Below, in pieces: positions 39,470 to 49,922 of a stretch of DNA of 64,000 nucleotides (position 1 is its first letter; each line of letters opens with the position of its first letter). Position numbers and translations under genes: made by a program. The notes beneath the pieces are model-generated. The model was not told the origin of the DNA and made no database searches. It saw only the letters and a program-made list of their open reading frames with translations. This stretch comes from Candidatus Sumerlaeales bacterium. GTDB lineage: Bacteria > Sumerlaeota > Sumerlaeia > Sumerlaeales > Sumerlaeaceae. The stretch lies in NCBI GenBank assembly GCA_038243585.1, contig JBBSQY010000012.1, positions 1 through 64,000 on the forward strand, read 5' to 3'.

Positions 39470-39654
39470 GGCTGATAATTTCCCAAAATCGGCGGGATAT
39501 TCATCTTCGAGCGTCGGAACCGACGTTTCGTCCGACAAATACAAAAACTGATTATCCCGCCTTCTTTCTTTGTTGATACGGTTTTAGCAACACCGGCCAA
39601 CGATTATCGTTTGCGCTGGCTAACCCGATTTCCTCCGTAAGGCAACGACTCCCG

Positions 39655-41490
39655 ATGGCCTCGTTAACCCGCATCTTTTACCGCTTTCGCAGTTTTATCC
39701 CCCGGCAGCTTTTACACAGCCCGCTGCTACTGATTTATCTATTTACCCTAACGGTGTATCTGGCAAACGGAAGAGGAATCGCCTTTGTGGATACAGGACC
39801 CGCCCGTCACCTGGTCCTTTCTCTGATCAGGGATCATGATCTTGATTTGTCTGAAATTCGAAACCAGGCAGAAACCCTTGAATTGTCTTATGTTATTAAA
39901 GAAGTCGACGGAAAGCTCATTTCTCAGTATCCTGTCGGCGCCGTGTTCATGGCGGTGCCGTATTATGTCGCGGGCATGCTGGCCGGGCTTTCACCGGATC
40001 AGTTTGATGGACTTGCGAAGCTGGAAAAATGGGCCGCAGCTAACCTTGGCGCGTTATTATCGGTGCTTTTCTGGGTGCTGCTGAGGCGCAGAACTAATGC
40101 GTCAGTAGGCATTCGAATCATTGTGTGGCTTGCTTTCGCGTTCGGGTCATCTAACTGGGTGGTCAATTCCCAGGGGTTGTGGCAACATACTCCGCTCCAG
40201 ATTTTTGAGATACTCGCTCTGCTTGCGCTGCCCCGCCATCTGGAATTTAAAAAGAGCTTTTTCAGAGTCGCGTTGTGTGGTGTGCTGTTGGGGCTTGCCG
40301 GATTTATGCGCCCTACTGGCTATGTTCTGATTCCCGTGTGGGGACTCTACCTCATGTGGAAGAATTATCGCTTTGCCCTGCCCTACGGCATCGGCGTTGT
40401 ACTCGGATTTATCCCGCAGGTGTTGTACAATCTAACTTATCTCCCCAGAAACGAGGGGGGGTATTTCCAGCTGATATTTACCAATGGATATTTCGACGAG
40501 CTGGAGCCGGTCCACAATTTCCTGGCCCTGTTGTTTAACCCCAGCAGAGGCATAGTCATTTTTTCGCCTTTTGTGCTGGTACTGGTGCTGTGGGCGTTTA
40601 AGCGAATCCGCAGATCTGTCGCGCCTGATTTCAGATCAGGGCTGCTTGCTCTGTCGTCGCTGGGGATATTTGTCGTGTATCTTGGTTTTGAGATTTGGTG
40701 GCAGGGGTGGTGTTACGGAGCTCGTTTCCTAAGCGACATCCATCCGTTCCTTTTGCTGCTTATGGTCCCTCCTCTTGAGTACATCATGTCCCGGCGCGGG
40801 CTGGTATCGATTCCTGCAATGGCGTTTGTTTCAGTGTGCCTTATCTGGTCTATTGGGGTTCAGGCGCTTGGGGCATGGCGCTACGACGGTGCCTGGGACG
40901 GGCGAGTCGTAATCGCGGGATTTGACGATGTCGCCTGGGACTGGCGTGACAATATTATCGCCGATGCCTGGTCTGGCAATGCCGATCCCTATTACAGATT
41001 TCAATCGCCTGACTATTATGAAGTCGTCCCTGGGCACATCTACAAGGTTGGGATGCGGGAAAGCGCTCAATTTCTGTATTCCGGTTTTTATGGTCAGGAG
41101 GACTGGGGCACATGGACCAGAGGAGCGATGCCGGGCGTTATGACGATGCACTTCAACGAGGTCCCCGGCAAATTGTACATTGCCGGGATGGGCACAGGCA
41201 GCAGTTATGCCCCGGCGCGCTTTACCATCAGCCTGAACGGCAACCATGTAAAGAAAGCCCTGATTCATCCCAGCGCATTTGTTAAGTGGAAAACGGAGAT
41301 TGTTGAGATACCAATCAAGGAAAAGAACCTGACCGGCGGAGTGGAGCGGGTGTCCATTGTGTCTCACGACGGAGCTCGCGCCATGCCTACAGGCAGGTTC
41401 TATGGGATGGGTATAAAATATATGCTTTACGTGCCGACGGCAATGAAGGATGTGTCCACATCGGCCATTGAACAGCTAAGGCAAATGTGA
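39655..41490 (+). CDS. Polytopic membrane protein, probable GT-C fold glycosyltransferase
   Basis: About 11 TM segments, an Asp in the first loop (VDTGP), SQYPVG, MRPT, SRGIVIFSP and WWQGWCYGARFL; periplasmic C-domain. Confidence 0.7.
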   Translation: MASLTRIFYRFRSFIPRQLLHSPLLLIYLFTLTVYLANGRGIAFVDTGPARHLVLSLIRDHDLDLSEIRNQAETLELSYVIKEVDGKLISQYPVGAVFMAVPYYVAGMLAGLSPDQFDGLAKLEKWAAANLGALLSVLFWVLLRRRTNASVGIRIIVWLAFAFGSSNWVVNSQGLWQHTPLQIFEILALLALPRHLEFKKSFFRVALCGVLLGLAGFMRPTGYVLIPVWGLYLMWKNYRFALPYGIGVVLGFIPQVLYNLTYLPRNEGGYFQLIFTNGYFDELEPVHNFLALLFNPSRGIVIFSPFVLVLVLWAFKRIRRSVAPDFRSGLLALSSLGIFVVYLGFEIWWQGWCYGARFLSDIHPFLLLLMVPPLEYIMSRRGLVSIPAMAFVSVCLIWSIGVQALGAWRYDGAWDGRVVIAGFDDVAWDWRDNIIADAWSGNADPYYRFQSPDYYEVVPGHIYKVGMRESAQFLYSGFYGQEDWGTWTRGAMPGVMTMHFNEVPGKLYIAGMGTGSSYAPARFTISLNGNHVKKALIHPSAFVKWKTEIVEIPIKEKNLTGGVERVSIVSHDGARAMPTGRFYGMGIKYMLYVPTAMKDVSTSAIEQLRQM

Positions 41491-41512
41491 GATAGCTTCC
41501 ACTGCCCTGGCG

Positions 41513-41748
41513 GTGGCGCAACTCAAGTCCGCATTACAATAGGGGAATTTTCCAGTTTCAAATGCGCGGCTGGTTCTAGTCTAAAAAACATCTACTATGC
41601 CGGTACTGGCGCTAAAGCGGTAAACAAGCCACGCCGAAGCGCGCTGTAAATCTTTACAAATCAGCAACACCTATAAAATGAGGGTGCAAAGATGGATCCG
41701 GCTAAAGCCGGAAACTCGTCCTTCCTATATTATGCTGAGTTGCGCTCT
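41513..41748. mobile_element. Candidate MITE or IS remnant
   Basis: Inverted ends gcgcaactca (41516-41525) / tgagttgcgc (41736-41745), flanked by direct repeat ctggcg(g) at 41507 and 41749; a related end lies at 44742-44780. Confidence 0.5.
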
Positions 41749-41782
41749 CTGGCGGCACCCGGACCACTTAGAATTTAACCGT

Positions 41783-43066
41783 CTAATCTGGCAGAGGCTT
41801 CCCTTTGGTCTCGGGAGCAAACCAGATCACTATCATTCCCAGTACGTATACCATCGATATGGCCATGCCGGCCCGAGCGTAGCTTTGATCAAAGAAGCCC
41901 ATCAGCGCGCCCATGTTCCAAGCGCCGATTGCAGCCAATATACGACCTGCGTTAAAGGCCAACCCTTGCGCGGTAGCGCGTACTCTCGTAGGGAATAGCT
42001 CTGGCAGATAAAGCGGCAGCCATCCAAAGAACGACGCGGTGAAGAAGCCGACCAGTCCGGTGGCAAAGATAAACAGCGGGCCGTACTCTTTCACATAGAT
42101 GAACAGGAAGTAGGTCGCCGCGACAGAGAACGCGCACAGGAGAAAATAAGTGGGACGACGACCTATCTTTTGTCCTACAAGCGGAGCGGCCAGGCTGCCC
42201 ATAATCGCGCCCAGGGCAACCACGAAATGGCTGTAGCCTTTCGCCGCCGGACGCTCTGGCCCCGCCAGCATATCTGTCCAGAGGGGAATCCACTGAACAA
42301 TGCCCCAGGTTACAATCAGCGGGATGGATGCGAAAAGAGTCGCCAGGATAGTTCGGCTCAGCAGCGGCGCAGAAAAAATCTCCTGCAGCGGCTGAACGTT
42401 TTTCCCCTTTACCGCGTGTTTCCATTTTTCCGACTCTGGCACAAACAGTCTAATAAAAAAGGTCAGCAAGGCTGGCGATGCGCCAACCAGCAACAGCCAC
42501 CGCCAACTGTCCGGGGTAACAGGCCAAATAATTCCTATAATCCCAACAATTACAAAACCAAAGTTGGCTGCGGCCCCGATAATGCCGGCCATCAGAGGCC
42601 GCAGACGAGCCGGCCATATCTCCATGACCAGCGCCACGCCCAGCGACCACTCGCCGCCCATACCCAGAGCAGCCAGAAACCGCAACACGCCAAGGTGCCA
42701 TGGCTCCTGCGCGAAATAACAAAGCCCCGTGAAAATCGAGTAACAAAGAATGCTGTACGTCATGGCGCGCACCCGGCCAATCCGGTCGCCCAGCCAGCCA
42801 AAGACCAATCCGCCGCCGGCCGCTCCAATAAGAAAACATGCCGTAACGATACCCATCCAGACCTGAACAAATCCTTCATCAAAAACAGCGCCCGGCGCTT
42901 GCATTTCCATCAGCGCGGGACGCGCGATTAAAGGAAATATCCCCATCTCCATGCCGTCGAACATCCAGCCGAGGAAAGCCGCAAGGAGGGTCAGAATTTT
43001 TGCTTTGTTCGAGATGATTTGAGGCGTGGCCTCGCCTGTAGCGGACACGGGGACTTCGTTGGTCAT
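41783..43066 (-). CDS. MFS transporter
   Basis: 12 TM; GWLGDRIGRVR (motif A), GMGGEW and ELFPTRVRATAQG. Confidence 0.95.
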   Translation of the reverse strand: MTNEVPVSATGEATPQIISNKAKILTLLAAFLGWMFDGMEMGIFPLIARPALMEMQAPGAVFDEGFVQVWMGIVTACFLIGAAGGGLVFGWLGDRIGRVRAMTYSILCYSIFTGLCYFAQEPWHLGVLRFLAALGMGGEWSLGVALVMEIWPARLRPLMAGIIGAAANFGFVIVGIIGIIWPVTPDSWRWLLLVGASPALLTFFIRLFVPESEKWKHAVKGKNVQPLQEIFSAPLLSRTILATLFASIPLIVTWGIVQWIPLWTDMLAGPERPAAKGYSHFVVALGAIMGSLAAPLVGQKIGRRPTYFLLCAFSVAATYFLFIYVKEYGPLFIFATGLVGFFTASFFGWLPLYLPELFPTRVRATAQGLAFNAGRILAAIGAWNMGALMGFFDQSYARAGMAISMVYVLGMIVIWFAPETKGKPLPD

Positions 43067-43164
43067 GAGTAAGCCTTGTTTAAATTCTGTAAAATGTTAT
43101 TAATGATCAGTGTAGGTAAACGGCCCGTGGGCAGTGTAAACAAAAACCCGCTGCTGGTAAATCC

Positions 43165-44619
43165 CTATACCTGATTAGGGATTTCAAAACCGGATCGATA
43201 CGTTGTCGTCAAAAATGCGTTGGCCGCCGCTTCCTGCTCACCAGTAAATTTCTGGGCAGCCGGATCAAAAGTCAGCCATGGACCCAGCATACGCTGGTTC
43301 TTCTGAACGTCCACGCCGTTTACCAGCAGATGCTCATTAAACTGATCGATCATTCTGCTCAACTGAGGAAATTCTGCGGCTGACTTCAAAATTTCCGCGC
43401 CGTTTGCCGGCTTGCCCAGTTTGTGGGAAATGTTGCCCATGTGCGCAAGTCCCGCCGCCAAATGTCCTGATTCGATATTGGCCGCCACTGTTTCCGCTTT
43501 GCGCGACCGCACGGCATCAATGAAATTCTGATGGTGAGATCCGCCCCCATCGCCCTTGAACTGCTTTACACGTTTGCCTTTATTATCGTAAACCCAGCCG
43601 CCGTTGTTGTAGGCCAGATAATAGCCTTCCTTGCCTTTGACTTCAATCCCCACTCGCAGGCCATTCAAGTTGTCGGCTTCGCTTGCGCCTTTCGATGCGG
43701 GCAGGTTCCGAAGCTCACAAAAGATCGGTACAGGTTTGTAATCATACAGGACCGTTTGAGTGTTGGGCGTCGGTGCGTCGTCATCAAACCCGAACCGTCC
43801 GCCTACGCTTACGACTCGCGTAGGGAATTCCTTAATATCCAGAAACCACGATGCGAGGTCCATCATGTGTACCCCATTGTTTCCCAGTTCTCCGTTGCCG
43901 TAAGGCCAAAACCAGTGCCAGTCATAGTGCAGATTTTTTCGCGTCAGAGGCTCGTCTGGGGCTGGCCCAAGCCACAGGTTATAGTCCACTCCGGCGGGCG
44001 GCGCTTGCGGACCAGTTACCTTGGGCAGCGGCTGACGCAGGTTGTAGTAAATCCCCCGGATGTAATCCAGCTCGCCGATGTTGCCTTCTTTGATATACTG
44101 CCGCGCGCCCTGCAGGCCAGCGTCGGACCTGGACTGCATTCCTACCTGTACAATGCGGTTATGTTTTTTCGCCGCGGCAATCATCTGCTGACCTTCCCAG
44201 ATCGTGTGAGATGCCGGCTTCTCCACGTAGACGTCTTTACCCGCCTCGCACGCCCAAACAGTCACCAGCGCATGCCAGTGATTCGGAGTGGCCACGCACA
44301 CTGCGTCCACTTCCTTGTCTTCCAGAAGCCTGCGCACATCGGTGTATGTCTTCGGCTGCGTGCCTGCCTCTTTAAAATGTTTTTTTAGGGCTTCGGCCAC
44401 GCGATTGCTATCGACATCGCACAGCGCCACGACTCTCACGCCGGGCATTGACTTAAACATTGCCACATGCTGGCTGCCCTTATTGCCTACCCCCACCACG
44501 GCCACGCGGATGTCTTCGTTTGCGCCAAAAATACGCGCATGAGGTAAAATTGTAACGGCAGCGGTAAGTGCTGCTGCTTTTTTAAGAAACGCGCGACGCG
44601 TATAGGACTCTTCCACCAT
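43165..44619 (-). CDS. Tat-exported Gfo/Idh/MocA oxidoreductase
   Basis: TRRAFLK twin-arginine signal; VAVVGVGNKG, ATPNHWHA and VYVEKP. Confidence 0.94.
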   Translation of the reverse strand: MVEESYTRRAFLKKAAALTAAVTILPHARIFGANEDIRVAVVGVGNKGSQHVAMFKSMPGVRVVALCDVDSNRVAEALKKHFKEAGTQPKTYTDVRRLLEDKEVDAVCVATPNHWHALVTVWACEAGKDVYVEKPASHTIWEGQQMIAAAKKHNRIVQVGMQSRSDAGLQGARQYIKEGNIGELDYIRGIYYNLRQPLPKVTGPQAPPAGVDYNLWLGPAPDEPLTRKNLHYDWHWFWPYGNGELGNNGVHMMDLASWFLDIKEFPTRVVSVGGRFGFDDDAPTPNTQTVLYDYKPVPIFCELRNLPASKGASEADNLNGLRVGIEVKGKEGYYLAYNNGGWVYDNKGKRVKQFKGDGGGSHHQNFIDAVRSRKAETVAANIESGHLAAGLAHMGNISHKLGKPANGAEILKSAAEFPQLSRMIDQFNEHLLVNGVDVQKNQRMLGPWLTFDPAAQKFTGEQEAAANAFLTTTYRSGFEIPNQV

Positions 44620-44816
44620 GACAGTTCTCCGAAAGAAAATGAGGATGCATACAAAATCGCAAATGACGATTTACGCCAAGAACAATAGAAGCAAAGGCAT
44701 GAAACTTAAGAATCAACAGGAAACTTAAAACGGTTGGTTATAGGGCGCAACTCAGTTCCATGAAAACTGGCTTTAGCCGGAAATTCGTAGTCATAGGCGT
44801 TCGTGCATTTTGGGGC

Positions 44817-44861
44817 GGACGGCTCGGCGAGCGACGGACGGCTCGGCGAGCCATCCCTACC
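44817..44861 (-). repeat. GTAG-type REP, one full copy plus a tandem partial copy
   Basis: ggacggctcggcgagc (44817-44832) and ggacggctcggcgagccatccctacc (44836-44861). Confidence 0.88.
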
Positions 44862-44935
44862 TTTGTGCATAAGAAGTTTGTTCCGTGATAGGAAAGAATA
44901 CCATTACTTCGTAACTTTTCCCGGAGGCATTTCTC

Positions 44936-46384
44936 GTGTTGACGAATTCAAGCCGCGGCGCCGGTCGCCTGTTGCTTCTGCTTTGCGTTTTAGTTTTTGC
45001 GCAGGTTGCCTGCGCAAAAGATGAGTACCGGGTCCTTTGGGTGGATCTGTTTCACGCTGGACTGCGGAGCCAGGCCGAGGCCGACACTATGCTTAAGACG
45101 GCGCGAGACGCGGGCTATAACACCGTTGTCATAGAAGTTCGCAAGGCCTGCGATGCTTATTATGAATCCAGCATTGAACCCAAAAACCCGGAGGTCCAGG
45201 CGGGTTTTGATCCGCTGGCGTATATTATTGAGCAGGCACACCGTGCCCCGCGCATGGAGGTTCATGCCTGGCTGGTCACCTATCGCGCGCGCATCAGCGG
45301 TGATTCCATGTGGAAAAATCCGGCTCATGTTTTTCAGCAGCATCCTGAATGGATCAGCGAGAAGAGCAACGGCACCAAGGTGGGCCCTAACAGCACCTAC
45401 TTCCTCGATCCGGGCGTCCCGCAGGTAACTGATTATAACCTGACGGTGGTGCGGGATATCCTGTCACGTTACGACGTGGATGGAATCACGTTTGATTACC
45501 TACGCTATCCTGACTATGACGGTGCCGGCAATGAATGGGGTTATAATCCCATTGCTCTTGCCAGGTTCAATAAGCTGTACGGGCGAACCGGAAAGCCGTC
45601 TGCTTCTGATCCGCAATTTTCTGAGTTTCGCAGAAAGCAGATCTCCGACCATACGAGAAAAATCTATGCCCATGTGCGGGCGTGGCGGCCGCGGGTGAAG
45701 ATTGGCGCGGCGACCATCACCTGGGGCGGGCTCAGTGAGAATTTCAAGGGAAGTTCCGCTTACTCCAACATCATGCAGGACTGGGAAACCATGGCGCTGG
45801 AGGGCTGGCTGGACGTGATTATGCCCATGAATTACAAGCGGGAGGCCGTGGCAACACAGGCACGGGATCATAGAGAATGGGCGCATTTTCTTGCGGACCT
45901 GAGCGAGCGTTCGGGCCGAGCCGGCGTTAATATCGTGGATGGCGAAGAGCTCAATTCGTTGTCGGGCATCTTAACCCAGATCTCCGCGACCAGGTTTTTG
46001 CCGGGCATGGACGGCATCGCGACATATGCCTATGCGGAGCCCCGCGCCTCCAGTGGCAAGATTCCGGATTTGGAATTTTTCAACACTATCAGGCGCGACG
46101 TCTTTACGGGATGGGCCAATGTGCCGGAGGCGACGTGGCTGACGCGACCAGCGGAGGGCCTTATCAAAGGGGTCGTTTCCAAAGACGGGCTGCCGGTGGA
46201 CGGCGCGACCGTGCAACTGGGCAACAGGTCCACTAGGACAGACGGCACGGGTTTTTACGCTTTTGCGCGAGTGCAGCCAGGCAACCAGACGGTTACGGCG
46301 CAGAACGGCGATGGGGCTATTGGAACAATAAAGGTCACAGTTCAGGCGGGCAAAGTGGCGGAAGCGCCGATCGGGAGCAAGTAA
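44936..46384 (+). CDS. Secreted GHL10 (DUF187/UPF0748) glycoside hydrolase-like protein with C-terminal Ig-like domain
   Basis: EYRVLWV, FDPLAY, EVHAW, LDPGVP, YDVDGITFDYLRYP, QDW..M..EGWLD..MPMNY. Confidence 0.9.
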   Translation: MLTNSSRGAGRLLLLLCVLVFAQVACAKDEYRVLWVDLFHAGLRSQAEADTMLKTARDAGYNTVVIEVRKACDAYYESSIEPKNPEVQAGFDPLAYIIEQAHRAPRMEVHAWLVTYRARISGDSMWKNPAHVFQQHPEWISEKSNGTKVGPNSTYFLDPGVPQVTDYNLTVVRDILSRYDVDGITFDYLRYPDYDGAGNEWGYNPIALARFNKLYGRTGKPSASDPQFSEFRRKQISDHTRKIYAHVRAWRPRVKIGAATITWGGLSENFKGSSAYSNIMQDWETMALEGWLDVIMPMNYKREAVATQARDHREWAHFLADLSERSGRAGVNIVDGEELNSLSGILTQISATRFLPGMDGIATYAYAEPRASSGKIPDLEFFNTIRRDVFTGWANVPEATWLTRPAEGLIKGVVSKDGLPVDGATVQLGNRSTRTDGTGFYAFARVQPGNQTVTAQNGDGAIGTIKVTVQAGKVAEAPIGSK

Positions 46385-46415
46385 GAAAGAAATTCTAGCG
46401 TTTGTAAGCCGTGGT

Positions 46416-47921
46416 TTACACTTTTCCGGACTCTTCCAGCGCGTTTAACGCTGGTCCGACGAGGTAGAGGGAGCCGAACAGGATAACGTATCCGCCGCTT
46501 TCCTGAGCGGCGGAACGGGCTTCTTGCAGAGCTTCCTCCACGGATTGGGCGATTGTAATTTGTTCGGGCGTCAGGAATTGACTGAGCGCCTTTTCAATGT
46601 GATCTGCCGATACGGCTCGGGGACTTGGTGGGACTACTGCCACCGCACGGGACACCGGCAGTTGGTGGAAAATACCGCCCAGCAGCTCGGTTCCGGCTTT
46701 ATCTCGGAGAAACCCGGTCACGATCACGGCGGGACGTGAGCCAAAACGCCGATGGCAGGCACGGCCAAGGGCATTGGCGGACATAGCGCAGTGGGCACCG
46801 TCAATAACCACGGGCACGAGACCGTCTATCAGCTGGAAACGACCCGGTCACGCCGTGTGCTCTATACCGGCTTTGATGGTATCAGGGTTTAGCTGAGGCC
46901 ACTCGTAACCACCAGGACTTGTGGCGAATTCAGGCTTTGCGAGTTCTGTTTCCAGATGCATTAGCGCTGTCAACGCGGTCGCGACGTTTGACGCCTGGTG
47001 AGCCCCTTCGAGAGACGGGCACAAGGTCATGCCATCGGCCAGCGCGTCGGAAAGATCCGTGGTCGCGGGCGTTTCAGTTGGGGTGGATTGAAAACGATAG
47101 CCGCTTAAACTTTCTGCCACGCCGGACATTTGGGACGGATTGATCGCCATTATCGGCTCAGCGGCTCCAATGTCATCACACCGGCGTCTTATTACATCGG
47201 TCACGGCACGCGAAGTACCCGGCGGCTGCGGCGCGACAATCGTTATGCCGTGAGGGCGGATAATTCCCGCCTTCTCCGCCGCGATGGCATGGACGCTATC
47301 TCCAAGAATTGCCGTATGATCCAAACCTATGGCCGTAATGATGTTGAGCAGCGGGCCCGCTGCCGGCCGATCGAACATATTTGTGGAATCCAGACGACCG
47401 CCCAAACCAGTCTCTACGATGGCTATATCGACCTGCTGCTCTGCAAAATGGACAAACGCTGCGGCGGTCAGTATTTCAAAGACCGTTCGAAATCCCGGAT
47501 CGCCAACCGGCCGGACAGGACTGGCGCCGGTCTCGCCGTCATCTGTCATCATACGCCCAAGGTAACCGACCAGTCGGCAAAAATCGGCGTCCGATATCTC
47601 CGCGCCGTTTATCCGGATTCTTTCAGTAAAGCGGAACAGGTGGGGGGAAGTATACAGGCCGGTGCGAAAACCGCACCGGCGCAGGGCGGATTCTAAAAAC
47701 GCGCAGGTGCTTCCTTTGCCCTTGGTTCCGGCGACATGGATGACAGCATAGCGCAGATGGGGATCTCCCAAAACGGTCAATTGTGCCCGAAACCTGTCCA
47801 AATCAAAAGCATGGGTATCATACTGTACAGCGCCGGTTCCCAGCATCCGCTCATAGTCGGTCATGGATAGCAGCCAGGCTTCGGCCTGAGAGTAATCAGA
47901 AATTGGAGGCATTATGGGCAT
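46416..47921 (-). pseudogene. folC: Folylpolyglutamate synthase / dihydrofolate synthase with in-frame TGA at 46848-46850
   Basis: IHVAGTKGKGST, YTSPHL..FTERI, ETGLGGRLDSTN, GLDHT.ILG and EKAGII; then HTA*PGRFQ (conserved WPGR), IDGAH and FGSLYLVG in the same frame. Confidence 0.92.
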
Positions 47922-48188
47922 GGCATTATACTATACAGCAGCAAGAGGCCTCAACTCATTACGGATTTTGGTTTGCGCAATGCCGGTGTCTCTCTTGCGG
48001 CCAGCGCTCCAAAGCGGTAATAGTTACCTGTTGTAAGTTTCGCCCATTTTTAAAATTTGTACTTCATTAATTAAAATGAGGAACGATTTCTGCTTAATTC
48101 CTTGTTGAATACGGAATTCCACCTGTTGGATATGCGTAGCATTCGATAACGAAGCAAGGCCGGTTAAAATTTTACAAGTATCCAACCA

Positions 48189-49922
48189 TTGATCTTATCT
48201 AAAATCCCAATCTTTTTAACTACTAAGGAACCGCGGATGCCCGCAGGACAAGCTGCCCGTGCAATAACTGTATCCATGATGGTGGCCTTTTCCATCTGCG
48301 CAGGTGCTGTCCAGTGCGAAACCGTTTGGTCTGGCGACGCTGATTCCGCTGTGTTCATAAAACAACCACTGGAGCTGGCGCAGATACTGGAAGCGCCGAC
48401 AGAGGAGCAAGAAGCACCCGAAGCTGCCGCTGACAGGCCCTCCTCAGCCGATCCTGATTCGTCTTCGCCTGAAGCAAATGCCGATACATTAAGCACGGAA
48501 GACGCCGACAGTGGCGAATTTGTTTTCGCAGGCGACCTGGCGAAGACGTTGAGAAAAATCGATCCTAAGGCTAAGGTGGATTGGGACGGGAAAATGCTTC
48601 GCATCCGGGCCAACGGTCAGGATTTTTCGATCTTCCCAACCGGCGAGGAAATGGTGATCAACGGAGATGTTGAGGCCAAGACCCCTCCATTGAAGTTTAG
48701 AAATGGGGAAGTTTATGTGCCCCAGAACATCGTTTCCCGAATTGGGGTGGAACTGGAAAAGAAGGTTGCCCCCGCGGTTACTGATTTACCGTCAACGGCA
48801 TCTGCCGCGCTTACGCCTACGCCCGCACCCATTCTGACTCCGACGCCCGTAGTTTCGCCGGAGCCGTCGCCTTCAGGCGGAATCCTGCCGGATGTCGGAC
48901 CTCTGATAGCGACGCCAACTCCAAAAACAACAGATACACCGGCATCCATATTACCTGATGTAGTCCTATCTCCCACCCCGGCGGCAACGCCTGTTCCGGT
49001 GGTTGTAACTCCGGCCACATCTGAGGCTACCCCGTTTCCGCAGGCTACCGCTGCCCCTACGCCAACCCCGACACCCACTCCGACGCCAACGCCGACTCCA
49101 ACACCAGCACCTAATAAGGCAGAGATATCTGAAGCCGCGAAGCGCAATGCCACGCTGAGCACGGAGAGTTTTAAAGCGGCGCTGCGCGACCGGGTATCGG
49201 TGAGCACACAGGCCATGGCAACCTTTAACATGACCCAGCTTGAAGCGATGGCAGCCACCCGCAAGGTTACTAAAATCGTTATACATCCGGATGAAAGCGG
49301 TCTGGAGCGGGAAGATGAATACGGCAAAGAAAGTGCCCGCATTTCTCTCGAAATTGCTCAAAAATTGAAAAACCAATTGGACACGGCCGGGATTGATGCG
49401 GAACTTTCCAGGCAGAACGAAGATCCCGTGACAATCGGCAAAAGCATAGAACTGATCAGCAAGAGCGGCGCGCAGGCGCTTATTGTGGTCTCGGTCGGCT
49501 ACAGCACAGCTTTTAAAGATCTTGGCGGCTATCGTGTATTTTATATGAACGAGTCCGTAGATTTTAACAGCCTGCAACCGCGCACGTTCGACGGCTCGGA
49601 GGTTGTACCGTCTGAGCTGAACTACCGTCCTTTTCAAGGGGCTAGCAAGGTACTTGCTTCTTCCGTTAAGAATAGCATAAGTGCTACCCTTGATCGTGAA
49701 CCAGTGGGTACCAATCCTGCTCCTCAATATCTGACCAGGCGGGCGCCCATGGCTTCTGCCGCTGTAGTGGTGGGCTATTTAAGCAACCCTGCTGATGCAC
49801 AAAGACTTACGGATGTGGCACAGCAGGACGCCATGGCCAAAGCCCTGGCTGAGGGGCTGCTAAATTTTGCAGCCCAGGTAAGCCAAGGCAAAGCCGCCGG
49901 CGATGGATCGGGAGAACAATGA
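48189..49922 (+). CDS. Exported amidase_3-fold protein with Pro/Thr linker, apparently lacking catalytic residues
   Basis: Signal peptide, (PT)n linker and a C-terminal domain following the amidase_3 pattern (KIVIHPDE, ELSRQNE, GYRVFY, VVVGYLSNPADA). Confidence 0.7.
   Translation: MILSKIPIFLTTKEPRMPAGQAARAITVSMMVAFSICAGAVQCETVWSGDADSAVFIKQPLELAQILEAPTEEQEAPEAAADRPSSADPDSSSPEANADTLSTEDADSGEFVFAGDLAKTLRKIDPKAKVDWDGKMLRIRANGQDFSIFPTGEEMVINGDVEAKTPPLKFRNGEVYVPQNIVSRIGVELEKKVAPAVTDLPSTASAALTPTPAPILTPTPVVSPEPSPSGGILPDVGPLIATPTPKTTDTPASILPDVVLSPTPAATPVPVVVTPATSEATPFPQATAAPTPTPTPTPTPTPTPTPAPNKAEISEAAKRNATLSTESFKAALRDRVSVSTQAMATFNMTQLEAMAATRKVTKIVIHPDESGLEREDEYGKESARISLEIAQKLKNQLDTAGIDAELSRQNEDPVTIGKSIELISKSGAQALIVVSVGYSTAFKDLGGYRVFYMNESVDFNSLQPRTFDGSEVVPSELNYRPFQGASKVLASSVKNSISATLDREPVGTNPAPQYLTRRAPMASAAVVVGYLSNPADAQRLTDVAQQDAMAKALAEGLLNFAAQVSQGKAAGDGSGEQ

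Noticed and set aside
34795..46850. Genetic-code reassignment of TGA or TAG to Trp
   Set aside because: Both codons end many intact genes here (ATGA overlaps; TAG at 34139, 53061 and 57676), Trp is otherwise TGG, and the interruptions involve two different stop codons.
49050..49112. Short-period DNA repeat
   Set aside because: It encodes the (PT)n linker with varied synonymous codons, so it is a protein-level repeat.
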